Assembly (NCBI RefSeq): GCF_037042905.1
Contig: NC_087252.1
Location: 38,378,001-38,442,000 of the forward strand
Reading direction: 5' to 3'
Source of the DNA: Lytechinus pictus
Taxonomy: Eukaryota
Length of the DNA stretch: 64,000 nucleotides
Below are positions 1 to 12,900 of this stretch, piece by piece; the stretch's first letter is position 1; every line of letters begins with the position of its first letter. The position numbers were made by a program, and so were the translations under genes. The notes under the pieces were generated by a model. The model saw only the letters and a program-made list of their open reading frames with translations. It made no database searches and had not been told where the DNA came from.

Positions 1-437
1 AAAAAGTTTTATCATATTTGGCTTCTTTCCTTTACCGTTATCTGCACTAAAAACTTGCCCTCAATTCTTGACCACTCGGGATTTTAAGATTAAGTATCGT
101 ATTTTTGACAGTGCTATGTTCATCGATGACATTTATGACGCATTGGTATTATTCTTGGACCTCTAGTCCTTCGCCTTTGATCCTTGGTCTTAAAATGGGC
201 AGTTCGGATTACCAAATTCATTTTTGTTTTAATTATTGCTGGTAACATTGATATGATTGGTGTTTATTCCGCCAATGAAACCGCCATCTCTGGTAAAATT
301 GCGTTTCTTTAATCAATGAAGACTACCCGGTATGTACTGGGCTACCGATATGGTACAAGTCGCTGTAATAATGCACCATCTTGCGTCTGTGGCGAAAGTA
401 CTGATAAATAAAATGGCGTCGCAACGACGTAACTCAC

Positions 438-538
438 CACTGACTTGAATAGTGGTATTTGATGACCCCAGTCGATTGTATGCCACGCACGTGTAGTTTC
501 CATAATCCCGTCTCGGATCCAATGATATTATGACGAGT
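438..538 (-). CDS. Ig-domain gene, coding exon 8: second half of Ig3 (LVIISLDPRRDYGNYTCVAYNRLGSSNTTIQVS); 5' boundary could be 538, 553 or 592
   Basis: DYGNYTCVA-x-N-x-LG is the IgLON Ig3 signature. Phase-1 donor G|gtgagt at 438/437. Best canonical phase-2 acceptor is cttttccacag| at 539. Confidence 0.85.
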
Positions 539-2946
539 CTGTGGAAAAGATTGCTATGTGATCGTTCCATCGGAGATATCGATATTAGGAATCGTGATAA
601 AGTCAAACGTGAATTGACGGCAGTTGCATGATTATAACACGAGGTGGTACAAATACACATAATGTACAAATTGAAGCTTGGCAAGACATGAAATTGTTAG
701 TTGATGGAAACATTGAAGGCAAATACATGCACACTGACTAACAATGTACATACACAGGAGATCATCGAAAAAAAATGATAGTTTAGGTATTGATTCAAAT
801 TATGATATTTAAAGATAATAAGCCAATCTACTATTATGCATAGGGGCAGGTTAAATGTGTTCTGTCAAATTATCTTGAAGACTGAGAAACACAAATCCTC
901 AGCGTTGATCACAATTTTCAATTTGACTTTAAAAACCGTAGCTTTTTAAATTTCAATCTTTTGTTTCAGCGTCCAACATAAGTTTGAAATACTTTCATTG
1001 TAAAAATACTTAAAAAGACTATTACATTCATGGTGCGCTAGAGTGCATACGAGATTGTGAATGAGTGCTAAACTACGGTGAAAAAAAATAGTTTACATAT
1101 TTCATAGAGATATTCAAATGAGTGAGAGTAATGAATTAAAAAATAAATAAAAGTAAATTAATTGATATGAATTAAATAAGTTCAGCCATGTCAGCTTATT
1201 ATAGCCAAAATGTGTTTCTGTAGCTGTTATAATAGTCAATATTCACTAGTAGCTGGGAGAGAGAGAGAGGAAGTAGGAACGATACAAACAATAAGACAAT
1301 AAGCGCGAAGCGCAATATATTTTCATTTATTTGCGTCTTTGGAATAAATGTATGCGTTCCTCATGCAGGTTTCAAATTATTACATGAATACAAATAGGCC
1401 TCTCTCAATACAGGAGTATGGGGTTGATGACGAAATGTTCTCCCGCTACTTGCCTAGTAAAGTTCTCATAACAAAGCAAAGGAATCCTGCTCGATTGTGT
1501 TAGTGGAAACGGGGACAGCGGAAGAAACGAGACCGAGGTGATGGAGAAAGGGGTTAGTTACACTGAAACAGCAATAGAATTGTGTTAGTATCAGGAGAAT
1601 GTTTAGGATCCACACAATGAGTTAGTACGCCACACCATGCACAAAAATAATCAATAAGTTAGAAGTGGTGTTCGTGAATGAAAAAGGATAACATTACAAG
1701 TCAGTTTGTGTTTAGAACTGGAAGGTGTGAGTCTGATGGGTTTGTGTAACCTTGACCATTTATCCAGCATATTTATACATACTATGGCGCGCCACTTCTA
1801 TTAGATTGAGAGACCGTTAAATTCTTAATTTTTTGCAAGTTCCATTTATTAGTGGTGACTTGCATTTTCTAATGTCAAAGTATTTTTTTTTCTAAAGTTG
1901 ATTCCTGATTTGTGTCATGCATTTCTATTTTGTTTGGTAGATTGAATATATCAGCTTGAGAGCTGCCTGTTTTGTTTTGTTTTCAAATAAACCAATAAAA
2001 AAATAAAATTTAATTCAATTTCTTGATATCAAAAATTGTGAATTTGAATTAACAAGACATGATTTTGATACATTAAAACGAATGATTTTTTTTATACAAC
2101 GAAATCGATTTTCTGGCATGAAGATTTTAAATCTTGACATACATAATTACAATTTACTGATAAACGGCTTGACATGCGTACGTCGACACACGCTGTTTAA
2201 TTGTCCACGGGCCCACTGCAGAGAGAGAGCTACGTTTGATTAAAACTCAAAATATCGAGTTTAAGTCCCTAATACGCACTGTTGATTGGCTGAAAGTCGA
2301 TTTGAGTTTAAAATGTTAGAGTTGCGTTTGATTGCACTCTTGCTACAACCAGCCCCTAATGCCACAGTCCCTTAATGAGCATACTGATATCACAATTATG
2401 GACAGCAAGTGAGCAATAAACCTTCATCTTTTATCAGAAATTTATTAAAGTTTTCAGACATTGATTAAAGTTTTCATTTGTATGAAAATAAAAGAAAGAA
2501 TAAAAAGATAAATTGATTGGTTTTATTCATTATACTGACGATTGGCCTGTATAGAATTAAGACAGGTAACTTAAAATATCATCCAGGATAGTCGAGATTC
2601 CTTTTAATATTTCTACTGGGTTGTTTATCCTGCACAAGAGTGAAAGCTTAGAGAGAAATCCCTAATATTACACTGAAGAATACGTAGGCTATCATGTCGG
2701 TCCTTCGGGTAAACCAAAGCTCATAGTTTGGTTTTCATGCTCTTTTTATACATATTTCTCAAATAGATCTCTTAAAGTATTCTTGGCATCCGATTACAAT
2801 TATTCCCATTTTTTTCATTCGCATTGACGTAACCAATGTCAGGATGTTCTCTGGATTGTCGCTGCAATGTTATGCTACCGTCACAACGAAACCGACTCCA
2901 ATCCAACCAATGGCATTATGTTATTGGAAAAAACGTAATAGAAATG

Positions 2947-3102
2947 GGGCCCGTTTCATAAAGAACTTTCAACTGTTGTAACTTTGCCATAATGGCAACT
3001 ACCATGGCAACAGGGCTCAGCAGCCAATAGTAATCAAGGTTTCCATGGTAGTTGCCATAATGGCAGTTACAACAGTTGCAAGTCCTTTATGAAACGGGCC
3101 CC
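2947..3102. mobile_element. Palindromic MITE, PIF/Harbinger-like (related copies ~8907-9048, 18112-18265, 29190-29341, 53060-53191)
   Basis: TIRs GGGCCCGTTTCATAAAG / CTTTATGAAACGGGCCC and an internal hairpin. Confidence 0.8.
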
Positions 3103-3113
3103 AGGCCGATCTG

Positions 3114-3243
3114 GGGCCCGTAACACAAAGCTTAGCAATGGTCGTAGAACGTTTTTCTACAATTGATTGCATAGACTTCACTTGTACAATCAATCGTAGA
3201 AATCAAACGTACGATTAATCGCAAACCTTTGTGTTACGGGACC
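3114..3243. mobile_element. Palindromic MITE, PIF/Harbinger-like (related copies ~9920-10048, 20862-21133, 53582-53726)
   Basis: TIRs GGGCCCGTAACACAAAG / CTTTGTGTTACGGGACC; CTG TSD on both sides. Confidence 0.8.
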
Positions 3244-3289
3244 CTGGAGTCAGTCTCATCGGTGTGACAACGGGGAGATTTTGAACCGC

Positions 3290-3862
3290 GGCACTCGACG
3301 GATTTAAGAACACAGTAAAACTATTGAAAAATGCCCGTAAAATGACAAAGGTCAGCTGGGAAGTCTTTGGTGAACAGTAGTTTCATCCTAAGTTTCAGAG
3401 CTCAGGGCCCTGGGAACAATTTTTGAGAAGGGGTGCTGAGATAAATTTGAATAAAGCAAAAAGCAAAACAAAAAGAAGTTTTCACAACTAAAATGGAGAT
3501 CAAATTGGTCCCAAAAATTTGAAAAGCAAAACAAAAAAAAGGCTTCATTACAAAATAGGGGTCGTTTTGGTTACAGTTTACATTTTGACACTTCTTCCAG
3601 AATACCTGGGAGTGTTCCGTATGAAGAATAATACACGTAACACCCCCAAAGTAATTTTTGGGGTGCTTCAGTTCCCCCAGCACCCCCGCTTCCCAGGGCA
3701 ATGTCGGAGCTGACGAAAATTTGCAAGTATATCATTTGTCCTGAGTACAAGACGAAACTGCTGTTTTGATTCACCCATTAACGACAATGACTTCTTTGTT
3801 GTTCATTGTCACAAAGGGCATTAAGCAATACATTTTCTCCGTTCTTTATTCCGTCGTGCATT
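3290..3862. repeat. Old palindromic interspersed repeat (copies also at ~4195-4660, 23340-23523, 52865-53260, 57240-57445)
   Basis: Shared diverged motifs (atgccc..tgacaatga, tttgtcgaaaattgg, gacgaaactg..ttgattcacc, cgacaaagac) and internal dyad symmetry. Confidence 0.6.
3403..3703. mobile_element. hAT-like MITE nested in an older palindromic repeat (related copies ~32950-33070 and 33103-33316)
   Basis: CAGGGCCCTGGGAA / TTCCCAGGGCAATG ends; 8-bp TSD tcagagct / tcggagct. Confidence 0.75.
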
Positions 3863-3953
3863 GTAGAGCAAAAATTCTACCATAGCGTTATGGTCAGATC
3901 TAGAACACTTGAAGCCATACCACACGTTTTGTATGGACACCACCCAGTCCTAC

Positions 3954-4110
3954 CTGTTATCTGAACTCTGCGATGTGAGGGTAAGGTTTTTATTGTCTTT
4001 CATCCAGTAGAATCTGGCTTTCGGTACAGCTTTGACGTTACACTGGAGCAGAAGATACTTCCCCTCCCCGACGCGAATGTCTGGAGAAAGGGTCTGTACT
4101 TCGGGAGCAT
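3954..4110 (-). CDS. Ig-domain gene, coding exon 7: first half of Ig3 (APEVQTLSPDIRVGEGKYLLLQCNVKAVPKARFYWMKDNKNLTLTSQSSDN)
   Basis: LQC-x-V-x-AVP-x-A-x-F-x-W-x-KD resembles the IgLON Ig3 motif. ttttctccctcag| acceptor, CAG|gtagga donor, 157 nt, phase 1-2. Confidence 0.92.
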
Positions 4111-4332
4111 CTGAGGGAGAAAATGAAACCAGAGGCTAAGGTTAAATTTGTGTCCGGCGAGAGTTTCATGAGGAATTTTGTCAGTGATTAGGGAGTTTCC
4201 GCACAGCGACTTACGGAGGATTAAAAAACAGAGAAAATTTATTGTCAAATGCCCTTCATTACAAAGAACATTACCAAAATTGTTTGTTTGTTTTTTCGAA
4301 AATTGGTGAATCAAAACAGCAGTTTAGTCCTG

Positions 4333-4514
4333 GGGCCGTTTCATAAAACTGTTCGTAAGTTAAGAGCGACTTTAAGAACGAGTGGTGAACCTTTCTAACG
4401 CGCCAAATAATCACCAATGAACATTTAATGGTGAATATCGCTTACCACAAGAAAGGATCATCAGTCATTCATAAAGTCGCTCTTAAGTTACGAACAGCTT
4501 TATGAAACACGCAC
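4333..4514. mobile_element. Palindromic MITE, PIF/Harbinger-like (second copy ~32696-32876)
   Basis: Long TIRs tttcataaa.ctgttcgtaagttaagagcgacttta; CTG TSD. Confidence 0.85.
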
Positions 4515-4794
4515 CTGGACTTTAGACAAACGATATATTTGCAATCATTCGTCAGCTTCGAAGCTTTGGACGAAACTACCGATTCACCAATATTCGACAA
4601 AGACCTCCAAGCAGTATTTTCAATACTTCTATTGTAATTTTGCCGAGAACGTCCGTACGACTTGGAGCGAAAACTCCATTTATCACCGACAGATGAACTA
4701 CTGCGAGTCCTTATTGCATCCGACTAGCCGAGAGTAAATTAGTCACTCAGAACCACTGAAACTACTTCCCCAGTCATGCGAGTGATAACTAACA

Positions 4795-5279
4795 CAGCCC
4801 TTCTAAACCTTTTTTTTTCTCGGGGACCACTTTAACTCTCATATTTTTTCGAGGCCCATCAACCAAAATTTTAGGAAAACGTCCATTTTAATGAAAAAAA
4901 AATATTTCGTAAAATTTGAACACAAAGCTCTGAAGCAGATTCAAAACAAACAGTTTGAGAACTAATCTGCATTCGCAAATATCCGGTAAATGGGCGACAA
5001 TTAACTATATACACAATATGCATGCACACGAGGTTCACATCAAAGTTAGATCGAAACCATTATAGTGTGCATTTGCATGCCTTGCAACATGCATGATACC
5101 TAAAATAAAGCATGGTTAAGTTTTGTTTGACCCACGTAGACCGATCGGACGAAACATGTTCGGACAGGTCTATGAAATATACTACGGTTTAGTTTTCCCC
5201 CAATTTTTATTTTTCTCCATTTGGAGCTTCTAGTGGCCCACCTGAGAGAGCTTCGCGGCTCACCGGTTGAGAAGCGCTG
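4795..5279. mobile_element. hAT (Charlie/Buster-type) non-autonomous element
   Basis: TIRs CAGCCCTTCTAAACC / GGTTGAGAAGCGCTG; exact 8-bp TSD AACTAACA with central TA. Confidence 0.85.
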
Positions 5280-6006
5280 AACTAACAAACAGAACATGTT
5301 ATGATAACGCCAATGTGGTATGAGCTTACACATTAATCTAACACTGGTGTTGGACTGGTACAAGCAGTGGTGGAGCAACTTAACGGTATCGTTTCCGCAG
5401 TGAACCACGTTTAAGGTGAGAGTTACTATTCGTTTGTGGGGGCAAGACATTTTTGTGGTTGTTAACATTCTGACAAAATCACTAGCCAATTTTCTCCACT
5501 CTTTTTTAAAAATCCTAAATCCATCATTGCTTAATTTCCAATAAATCTTTCAAAAACAGAGGGCAGATCAAGTATTCAGCATACATCAATTTAGAAACAA
5601 AAAAAATCTTCCCTTAAGCAGTTAAATATCACTTTCACGATCCTCCCTAACACTCCGTAATAAACTAATATTACTATTACGAGACGCAAATTATATCATA
5701 GTTGACATCTATCGACTTACCTCGTTTATGCGCGGGTCATGCATTGAATACTGTTCTATTATCTATCTAAAATTCTATCATCTTTTTATTTCTGTTCATA
5801 TTTCCTATAAGAAATACTATTAATGCGTTTCGTTCAACTTTTTGTTCAAGATTTCTTCCTCTACATAAAACAGTAAAACAATTTTATATTTTACGTATTA
5901 AAGCAAATTCAGGAAAGCAAATGATCATCTTCATACATAACATAGCTGTAACATTACAGTGAAAATATCGTAACTGAATCAAAGAAAAGAACCGGAAATG
6001 ACGTAC

Positions 6007-6129
6007 ACTGAACCACGACATCGATGACCCTGCTGTCAGGGGGGTCACGACCCGAGACTCCATTTTCAGCGTCGCAAACGTACTGTCCACTCTGCTCCCG
6101 GGATATATTCAACAAGGTAATGTTATCAC
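6007..6129 (-). CDS. Ig-domain gene, coding exon 6: second half of Ig2 (DNITLLNISREQSGQYVCDAENGVSGRDPPDSRVIDVVVQ)
   Basis: NISREQSG-x-Y-x-C-x-A-x-NGV closely resembles the IgLON Ig2 motif. tcttttcag| acceptor, |gtacgt donor, 123 nt, phase 1-1. Confidence 0.92.
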
Positions 6130-7649
6130 CTGAAAAGATAATGAACGACGAATATTAAAGTTGCAAATTTACAAAATAACAGTGATCACGATGACGATCA
6201 CGATGATGATGTTAATAATTTCAGTGATCATAATAATCAATAATGATAGTAAAGTCCATGATACTAGTACTTCTACTGACAGTCACAGCAAGAACAAGAG
6301 CAAATGTCCATGATCATTGTTATCAATATTAGTTGTAGTATTAGTAAACATCATAATAATAGTAGTAGTAGTAGTAGTAGTAGTAGAAATAAACGTAGTA
6401 ATGTTATTATCATTATCGCCTTTGCCATTACCATCATTATCATCAACACCATCATGATTATTCATGTCCTTCTCTTTTTCCTTCTTCTTCATCTTCTTTT
6501 TTTCTTATCATTATTATTGTTCTTACAATTTGTATCATTACCACCGTCATCATCATCATGAAGATGAAAATTAAACACATATTTTGATAATCAATATTTA
6601 TTTTACGATAATACTTAAGATAATCATGCAATATTTTTTTTCAGCGGATTTATACAAGGTTGTCATCCCTTCATTCATCAAATCTAGACCTTGGTCCGAT
6701 TCTGAGAAAAGTGTGAACGCGACCAGTATAATTAGCAAGAGTATTTTATAAAATTACCATGACCTGGATCGATTTGTAATAATTTCGTTAAGATTCCTCT
6801 TTCTCACAGCCTTTCTCTCTCTCTCTCTGTCTCTTGCTCTATCAAACTTAATATCCGAATATCATTTCGGTGGCGGATGGGATAATTCTTACTTGTGTAC
6901 ATCAAACGTGACTGGAATACATTTGAATATGGATACATTCGTCATGACCTACATTTGGGACTAGATACCTACCTCATATTGGATTGAGAGAGAGGGGGGG
7001 GGGGTAGAGAGAGGGGGAGCGAGGAAGAAGTATGTAAAAAAAAAGATAATGAAAGAGGGGAGAGACAGACAGATAGAGGGAGAGAGACAGATTATGTAAA
7101 GAGACAGAAGGGTGTCTAATGTCCTTCATCTCTCACACGATTACTAAGGTTGTCTCAGTTTATGATAATTAGACTTAAATGGGAAGTAAAAGTGATTTAC
7201 ATGATAAGAACAAGGAAAGTACATAATATTGTTAACGTTTTGGTTGGCGCCCTCTACGTTCTATGGTTATCACTAACAATCCACACGTCCATTCACTGTA
7301 AACATGTGGAAAATGAAGTTAATTACGAGGAATGGTTAATACATTAATGTAGGGAGCACAGTTTTCATTTTAAATAAATTGCATATTGCGCATTGCGAGG
7401 CTCAGTTCTGGTTTCGTGTTCCGCTATTCAATGTAACAAACAACCGATGGGGACGATAAAATGAGAAGAAAAAACATAAAAGAATAAAAAAAAGGTAGAG
7501 TATAAAATAAATTATACAAAATGATAATGGTTGAAATAATAATACAATATATTATTTGATCGCCATGAACATCAGTTATAGTTAGCATCATTCATTTGAA
7601 GAGGGGTTATAAAAATGTGCGAACGAATCAACCCTTTTATCAACGTTCT

Positions 7650-8087
7650 TTACAATCTTCTACAAGAAAGCACTTCTTGTCACAGTCCCATTGCATTTGA
7701 ATGAATTACCCGAACGCCTCCGATTCATAAAAGACATTAAACAATTTAAACGGGAAAAGGCAAAACGGGAATAAATAGGGACTAATGCTGGAATCTATTC
7801 TATTCTTTCTCCTCATTTTGTACATATCTTATCCCTTTTCATGTGTATATACAATTTTTGCTTACATTTAGGTAACATTTGTACAGTATCATTTTCCATA
7901 GCTAATTATGATTATTTCATTATTTGATTTTTAATATTAGTATTTATGCTCTATTCTTTGTTTATATTTAAATATGTCACCATGTTTGATATTTGTGTTT
8001 GCTTACGAAGGGCCCCAACGAAAACCAGCTTGTTGCTGATTGGGCTACCCTTCTTTTAAATATTTGAAATAAATTAATAAATAAATC
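7650..8087 (+). mobile_element. 3' end of an L2/CR1-group LINE
   Basis: Residual C-terminal peptide (LNELPERLRFIKDIKQFKRE), T-rich 3'UTR, terminal hairpin-like GGGCCCCAA..TTGGGCTACCC, AATAAA-type tail. Confidence 0.5.
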
Positions 8088-10889
8088 ATGCTTAAATTGT
8101 TCTATTGTCCGAGATTTATATAAAATATCGTCAAAAGCTATTGCACCCAAATGCCAGATTAGAACAAATCACTTGTGTTTAATCGAATAATATTCATAAT
8201 ATAACGACGAATGTGTAAAAAAGATAATAAAGATAAAGGTAAATAGGGAGAACACTTTTACGGTTTTTTCCAGTTTGAAAAACGAGTCAAATTTGTGATT
8301 TGTCCACCTTTGACCAAAGCCATCTTTCTCTTTAAAGGTTGCCAATTTTATATTGTCTCACTGATAAACGGCTTTCCGCTACTGTAAGCATGCCGTCGCG
8401 ACAATACGCTTTATAGCGCTCGTGGGGAGTCCGCACCGACGCGATGGTGTCAACTTAAACTATCATTTATTCATAGTTTTTAGAGGAGGCACTTTGCCTC
8501 CGGTATCGTTCACACTATCCCCAAATTGACAACCGTTATTTTGTTGTGTGTGCGTGTGTATGTGTGTGTGTGTAACTGCACGGGATGCTAACAAAAAATA
8601 ATAAGATAATAAACCTAAACGTTCTCAAACGTACGCATACGCGCACCATCACCCATCCCCATTCCACTCACACAGCCTCAACTCACACAAACGCACACAC
8701 TCCCACACAATACCTGTACGTTCGACCTCTACGCGCACAAAAATGATGTCCCCACAGTAACGATTACTGGCTCCATTCATATTACACACATCCATACTCA
8801 AACCCTTATATTACGCATATGACACAGACACACACACATAAGATCCCCTCATTAAAGACTAATCACAGGCACACACACATCCTCAAGCAAACGTCATAAT
8901 GGAATAGGGGCCCGGTTCATTAAAGTTGTGAAAATAATGCAATAACAGTATAAATCTATTGAAATTATTCAATTTGATTGGCTGATAGCAAACTTGTTAC
9001 AGAAATTGTGAATTTGTGATTATGACATGTCTTTATGAAACAGGACCCTGAATCGGAGTCGGGTCACCTAACATTCTGGAGCAGAATCTCTACTTGGCTC
9101 CTTGGATAATGTTACTCTGGAGGGGCCTTGTTGGTCAAGGCTATCCCTTGATTCCATGGCAGTGGGAACAAACCTCTTAGTCAAGGCTTTATAGTCAATT
9201 TATATGCAGAGACAGGTGAATAGCGGAAGCAGCTGTGTTTATGATGTGAAGAAATAGTAGATACAATAGCAATCTCACTTGTACTGTTTATGACTGCAGC
9301 ACTCCAGAAAGATAGCAATTGCTATAATGATGAAACATTTCCTTTGAGCAAGCCCACACGAACCACGTTATCCTTAACTTCAAACCTCCTATTGCTTTAC
9401 GCATCTATGGGGTTGTGTCGACGCCGCGAAGCCTTAAGTAAACCACTTCCTTAATTTACTCTTACAGGGGCTACATTCCAATGCTTCCCACGTCTTAAAG
9501 AAAGGGCAAATTATCACAATTTGTGATGAATGAGGTCTGTTTTACACGCACATCAGCGGGCAAGCATTTTAATATAAGTGAGTGAGGAAATATGGATGTC
9601 TCAACTAGTGATATCCTCCCTAAAAATTAATAATTTTTGGTCATATATTATGTTATGATTTTTTTTGGGTGCTTCATGTTATATTCTTGATCTTAATCCA
9701 GTTATCGGGCAGGAGGATTAAGATAGTAGTTTGAGCAAATCAATATATATTGAGAAGATACAATATCATTTTGAACCATATCGTGTGACCTTATTATAAG
9801 ATCCATAAAAATATAAAGAGAGTAAGTGAAAAAGTATTGTTGCTTGTCCAAAAAAATAAAAAGAATTTTAGACGTTTTTTTTCAAACTAAGTGAAAAAAA
9901 AACACGTCCTCCCGTCGAGGACCCCTTATCATAAACCTTAGCCATTAATTTTGGGATCGATTTTTACAATTGCTCATACACAAATATCAATGCAACCAAT
10001 CACATAAATCAGCCCGAAATCAATCGCTTAATGTTATGATGGGAGCCCAGAACAAGGTTATACACGTTCAATTTGCAGATTAAAAGATCCAATATCCTGC
10101 ATTTCAACATCAATTAGTAAATAACTAAATATTATCAATGAAATTGAACGGTTAGCATGATTGGGCATAATGCGTTGCTGTATAGATAATTGATTAAAAT
10201 CTGTGCACGCGTTCTCGATTGGGAAAATATATGCAAGACTTTCTCTACTTGAATATGGATATTTTATTTCTTCGATTGAAAATCATGGCCTTAAGTGATC
10301 ACATACCCAAAATTTTGCAATTGTAGTAGTGATACCTAGTAGCAATCCCTTCTGGAAAACACACAGTGTCCAACAGTGTGTGCCACAGTGTGTTCACAGT
10401 GTGGAGCACACTGAGGCATCACCTTCACACTGTTAAATTTGATCATACCAACAGTGTGAAAGACATATTCGCATAGTCGACCATGTGAACACTCTGTGAA
10501 CAGTCACACTGTCGAGGTGTCCACAGGGTGTAAATACCTTCTCATTGTAGAATTTGAGCATTTTCACACTGTCCACAATGTGAACACGCTGTGGCCATAC
10601 TGTTCTTTTTCCAGCATGGTTATTCCACTTTTGAAGAGCTCTTAATACATCGTGAAGATGGGTTGCAACGACCATAAGCGGTCACACGACATTTGCTGCT
10701 GCGATCATTGCTCCTGGCTTAATTTCGTCTAAGATGAAAGGGTCATGGTTAGGGTTGCAATGGGATTTTATGTTAGGTCAGTGTAGTGTATATTGTTAAA
10801 CCCAGGATTAAACTTGCCAGGTTATTCGATTAGTTTGTGGAATTTAGAGCGGAGCAATTGTCACTGGAGTGAATGTCATAGGACCCTTT

Positions 10890-11228
10890 AAACACTGAGT
10901 AGATTACCCTATTGATGTACCCATCCCACAAAAAGTAGGCACTTTCTCCACTCCATGTGGATCATTCTAACAGGAGATCTTAAGCTCTTACGCAATACTG
11001 ACAACATTCTACCGGGTATCCAAAACATCTTAGAGTGGCAAAGTGTAGTTAACGTCTTGTCAATGGGGGGGGGGGGGGGGGGTGAGGGGGAATGTGATTC
11101 GAACAAATGACCATGAGCTTATATAAAAGCAAAGAGTCAGAATAAAGGTATTTCTAAAAATGAAATCGAACTCCATACCATACCATGTGGTATATTCCAG
11201 AGGCGCGACCACTAGACCACAACTACAG
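10890..11228 (-). mobile_element. Degenerate tRNA-derived SINE
   Basis: Minus-strand A-box-like GTGGTCTAGTGG and B-box-like GGAGTTCGATT at ~11162-11222, followed by a SINE-like body. Confidence 0.5.
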
Positions 11229-11439
11229 GCATACATAAGTTATTCATAAGTTCCCCGTATAAGTTCTACGATTTAACAAGTGGTTTGTCACTCATTACAA
11301 ACACTGTAATCTGCTATTCTTAGTAAATAATGGCAGTATGAAACAGAATATTCTTTCGTCACCACTAATTCGTAGGTTGTTCATTTATAAGCTCATGTCT
11401 GCTTTTCGTCAGTGTGATTTGCCAGCACTCTTAGAATTT

Positions 11440-12900
11440 TACTTTTACTAGACCTTAGCAACCATTATGTATCTTAGAACACCATGAATCAGGCTTGCGT
11501 GAAGGTATTTATACTCAACTTAAAACCATATATGTATCTTAGAACTCCACGAATTAGGCTTATGGCAATCATCCTTATGCCGGACTTAAAACAAAACATT
11601 TTAGTATCTCAGAACGCCATGTATCGGACTAAGGATAATCAAATTGTCCTCAACTTTAAAGCCCGTTATACATCTAAGAACACCATGTATCAGCCTTGGG
11701 GTAATCACCCTTATACCCAACTTTAAAAAACCATTAAGTCTCTAAGAACACCATCAGTTTAGCCTATACTCAATTTTAGAAACCATTATGCATCTAAGAA
11801 TACGTTATTCTTAGATGCATAATGGTTTCTTAAATTGAGTATAAGCTTTGATGCATAATGGTTTCTAAAATTGAGTTTGTAAAATTTCTTAGATGCATAA
11901 TGGTTTCTGTATCCGCTTTGGGATGATCACACTTATACTTAACTTCAAAAACCAATATGCATCTTAGAACACCATGTATCAGACTTGAGATAATCACCCT
12001 TATACTCAACTTTAAAAATCATTGTGCGTCTAAGAACACCATCTAACAGCCTTGGGATAATCACCATTATACTCAACTTTAAAAACCATAATGCGTCTAA
12101 GAACACCATATAACAGCGTTGGGGTAATCACCATTACACCCAAATTTAAAAACCATAATGCATCTAGGAACACCATGCATCAGTCTTAATATAATCAGCC
12201 TTATACTCAACTTAAAAAAACCCATTATGTCTCTAGGAAAACCGTGGATGAGATTGCAATTATCACCTTTAAACTAAACCCCCAAAACATATATGCAACT
12301 CAGAGCACTACGAATTAGGCTTATGGTAATCACCCATATGAATACACTTGAAAAATATGATTATGATTTTGTATTAGAACGGCGTTGATCAGGTGTATGA
12401 TAAGCCTCATACTTAACAGTAGAAACATAAAAACCATTTTACATCTGTTACCTTGTTCAAAACTAAAGTAAAAACATTCCTTTTTTAGGAGAGTTACAAT
12501 GAATAAATTTATTCATGTTGTATAATCTGTAGAGACGGTAGGCTTCTCTTTTTCCCGTAATTATAACTTAATCGTACCTTTGTATACATATCTTGTTAAC
12601 TATTTCACTCTTTAAGTATTTTAATGCGTAGTTGATTATATACATATAGAAATTGCGCAATATAAATTATTATTATATATTAGAATCCCATGAATCAGGC
12701 TTATGATAATGACCATTATAGCTTATGCTCAACTTTAATATCATTTATTCATAAAATTCCGTGGATCGGGCTTAATAAGTTAAATACGCTCATACTGAAA
12801 AAAAAACCTTTGTGTACATTAGAACACCGTAGATTAGGCTTGATAACCTGGACCATGCTACTCAACTGAGGAACAGGATGATGATAATTTCTTGTCAGCA
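11440..12900. repeat. Minisatellite, 67-bp unit, degenerate at its edges, with internal inversions
   Basis: agaacacc recurs at 11966, 12033 and 12100 (67-bp spacing). Inverted copies at 11806-11908. Confidence 0.85.

Noticed and set aside
313-437. Read-through C-terminus of ORF 313-684 as the real protein end
   Set aside because: A consensus phase-1 GTGAGT donor sits at the Ig3 boundary, and the read-through peptide has no convincing GPI or TM signal.
11162-11228. tRNA gene
   Set aside because: A and B boxes are present but no cloverleaf can be formed; better explained as a SINE head.
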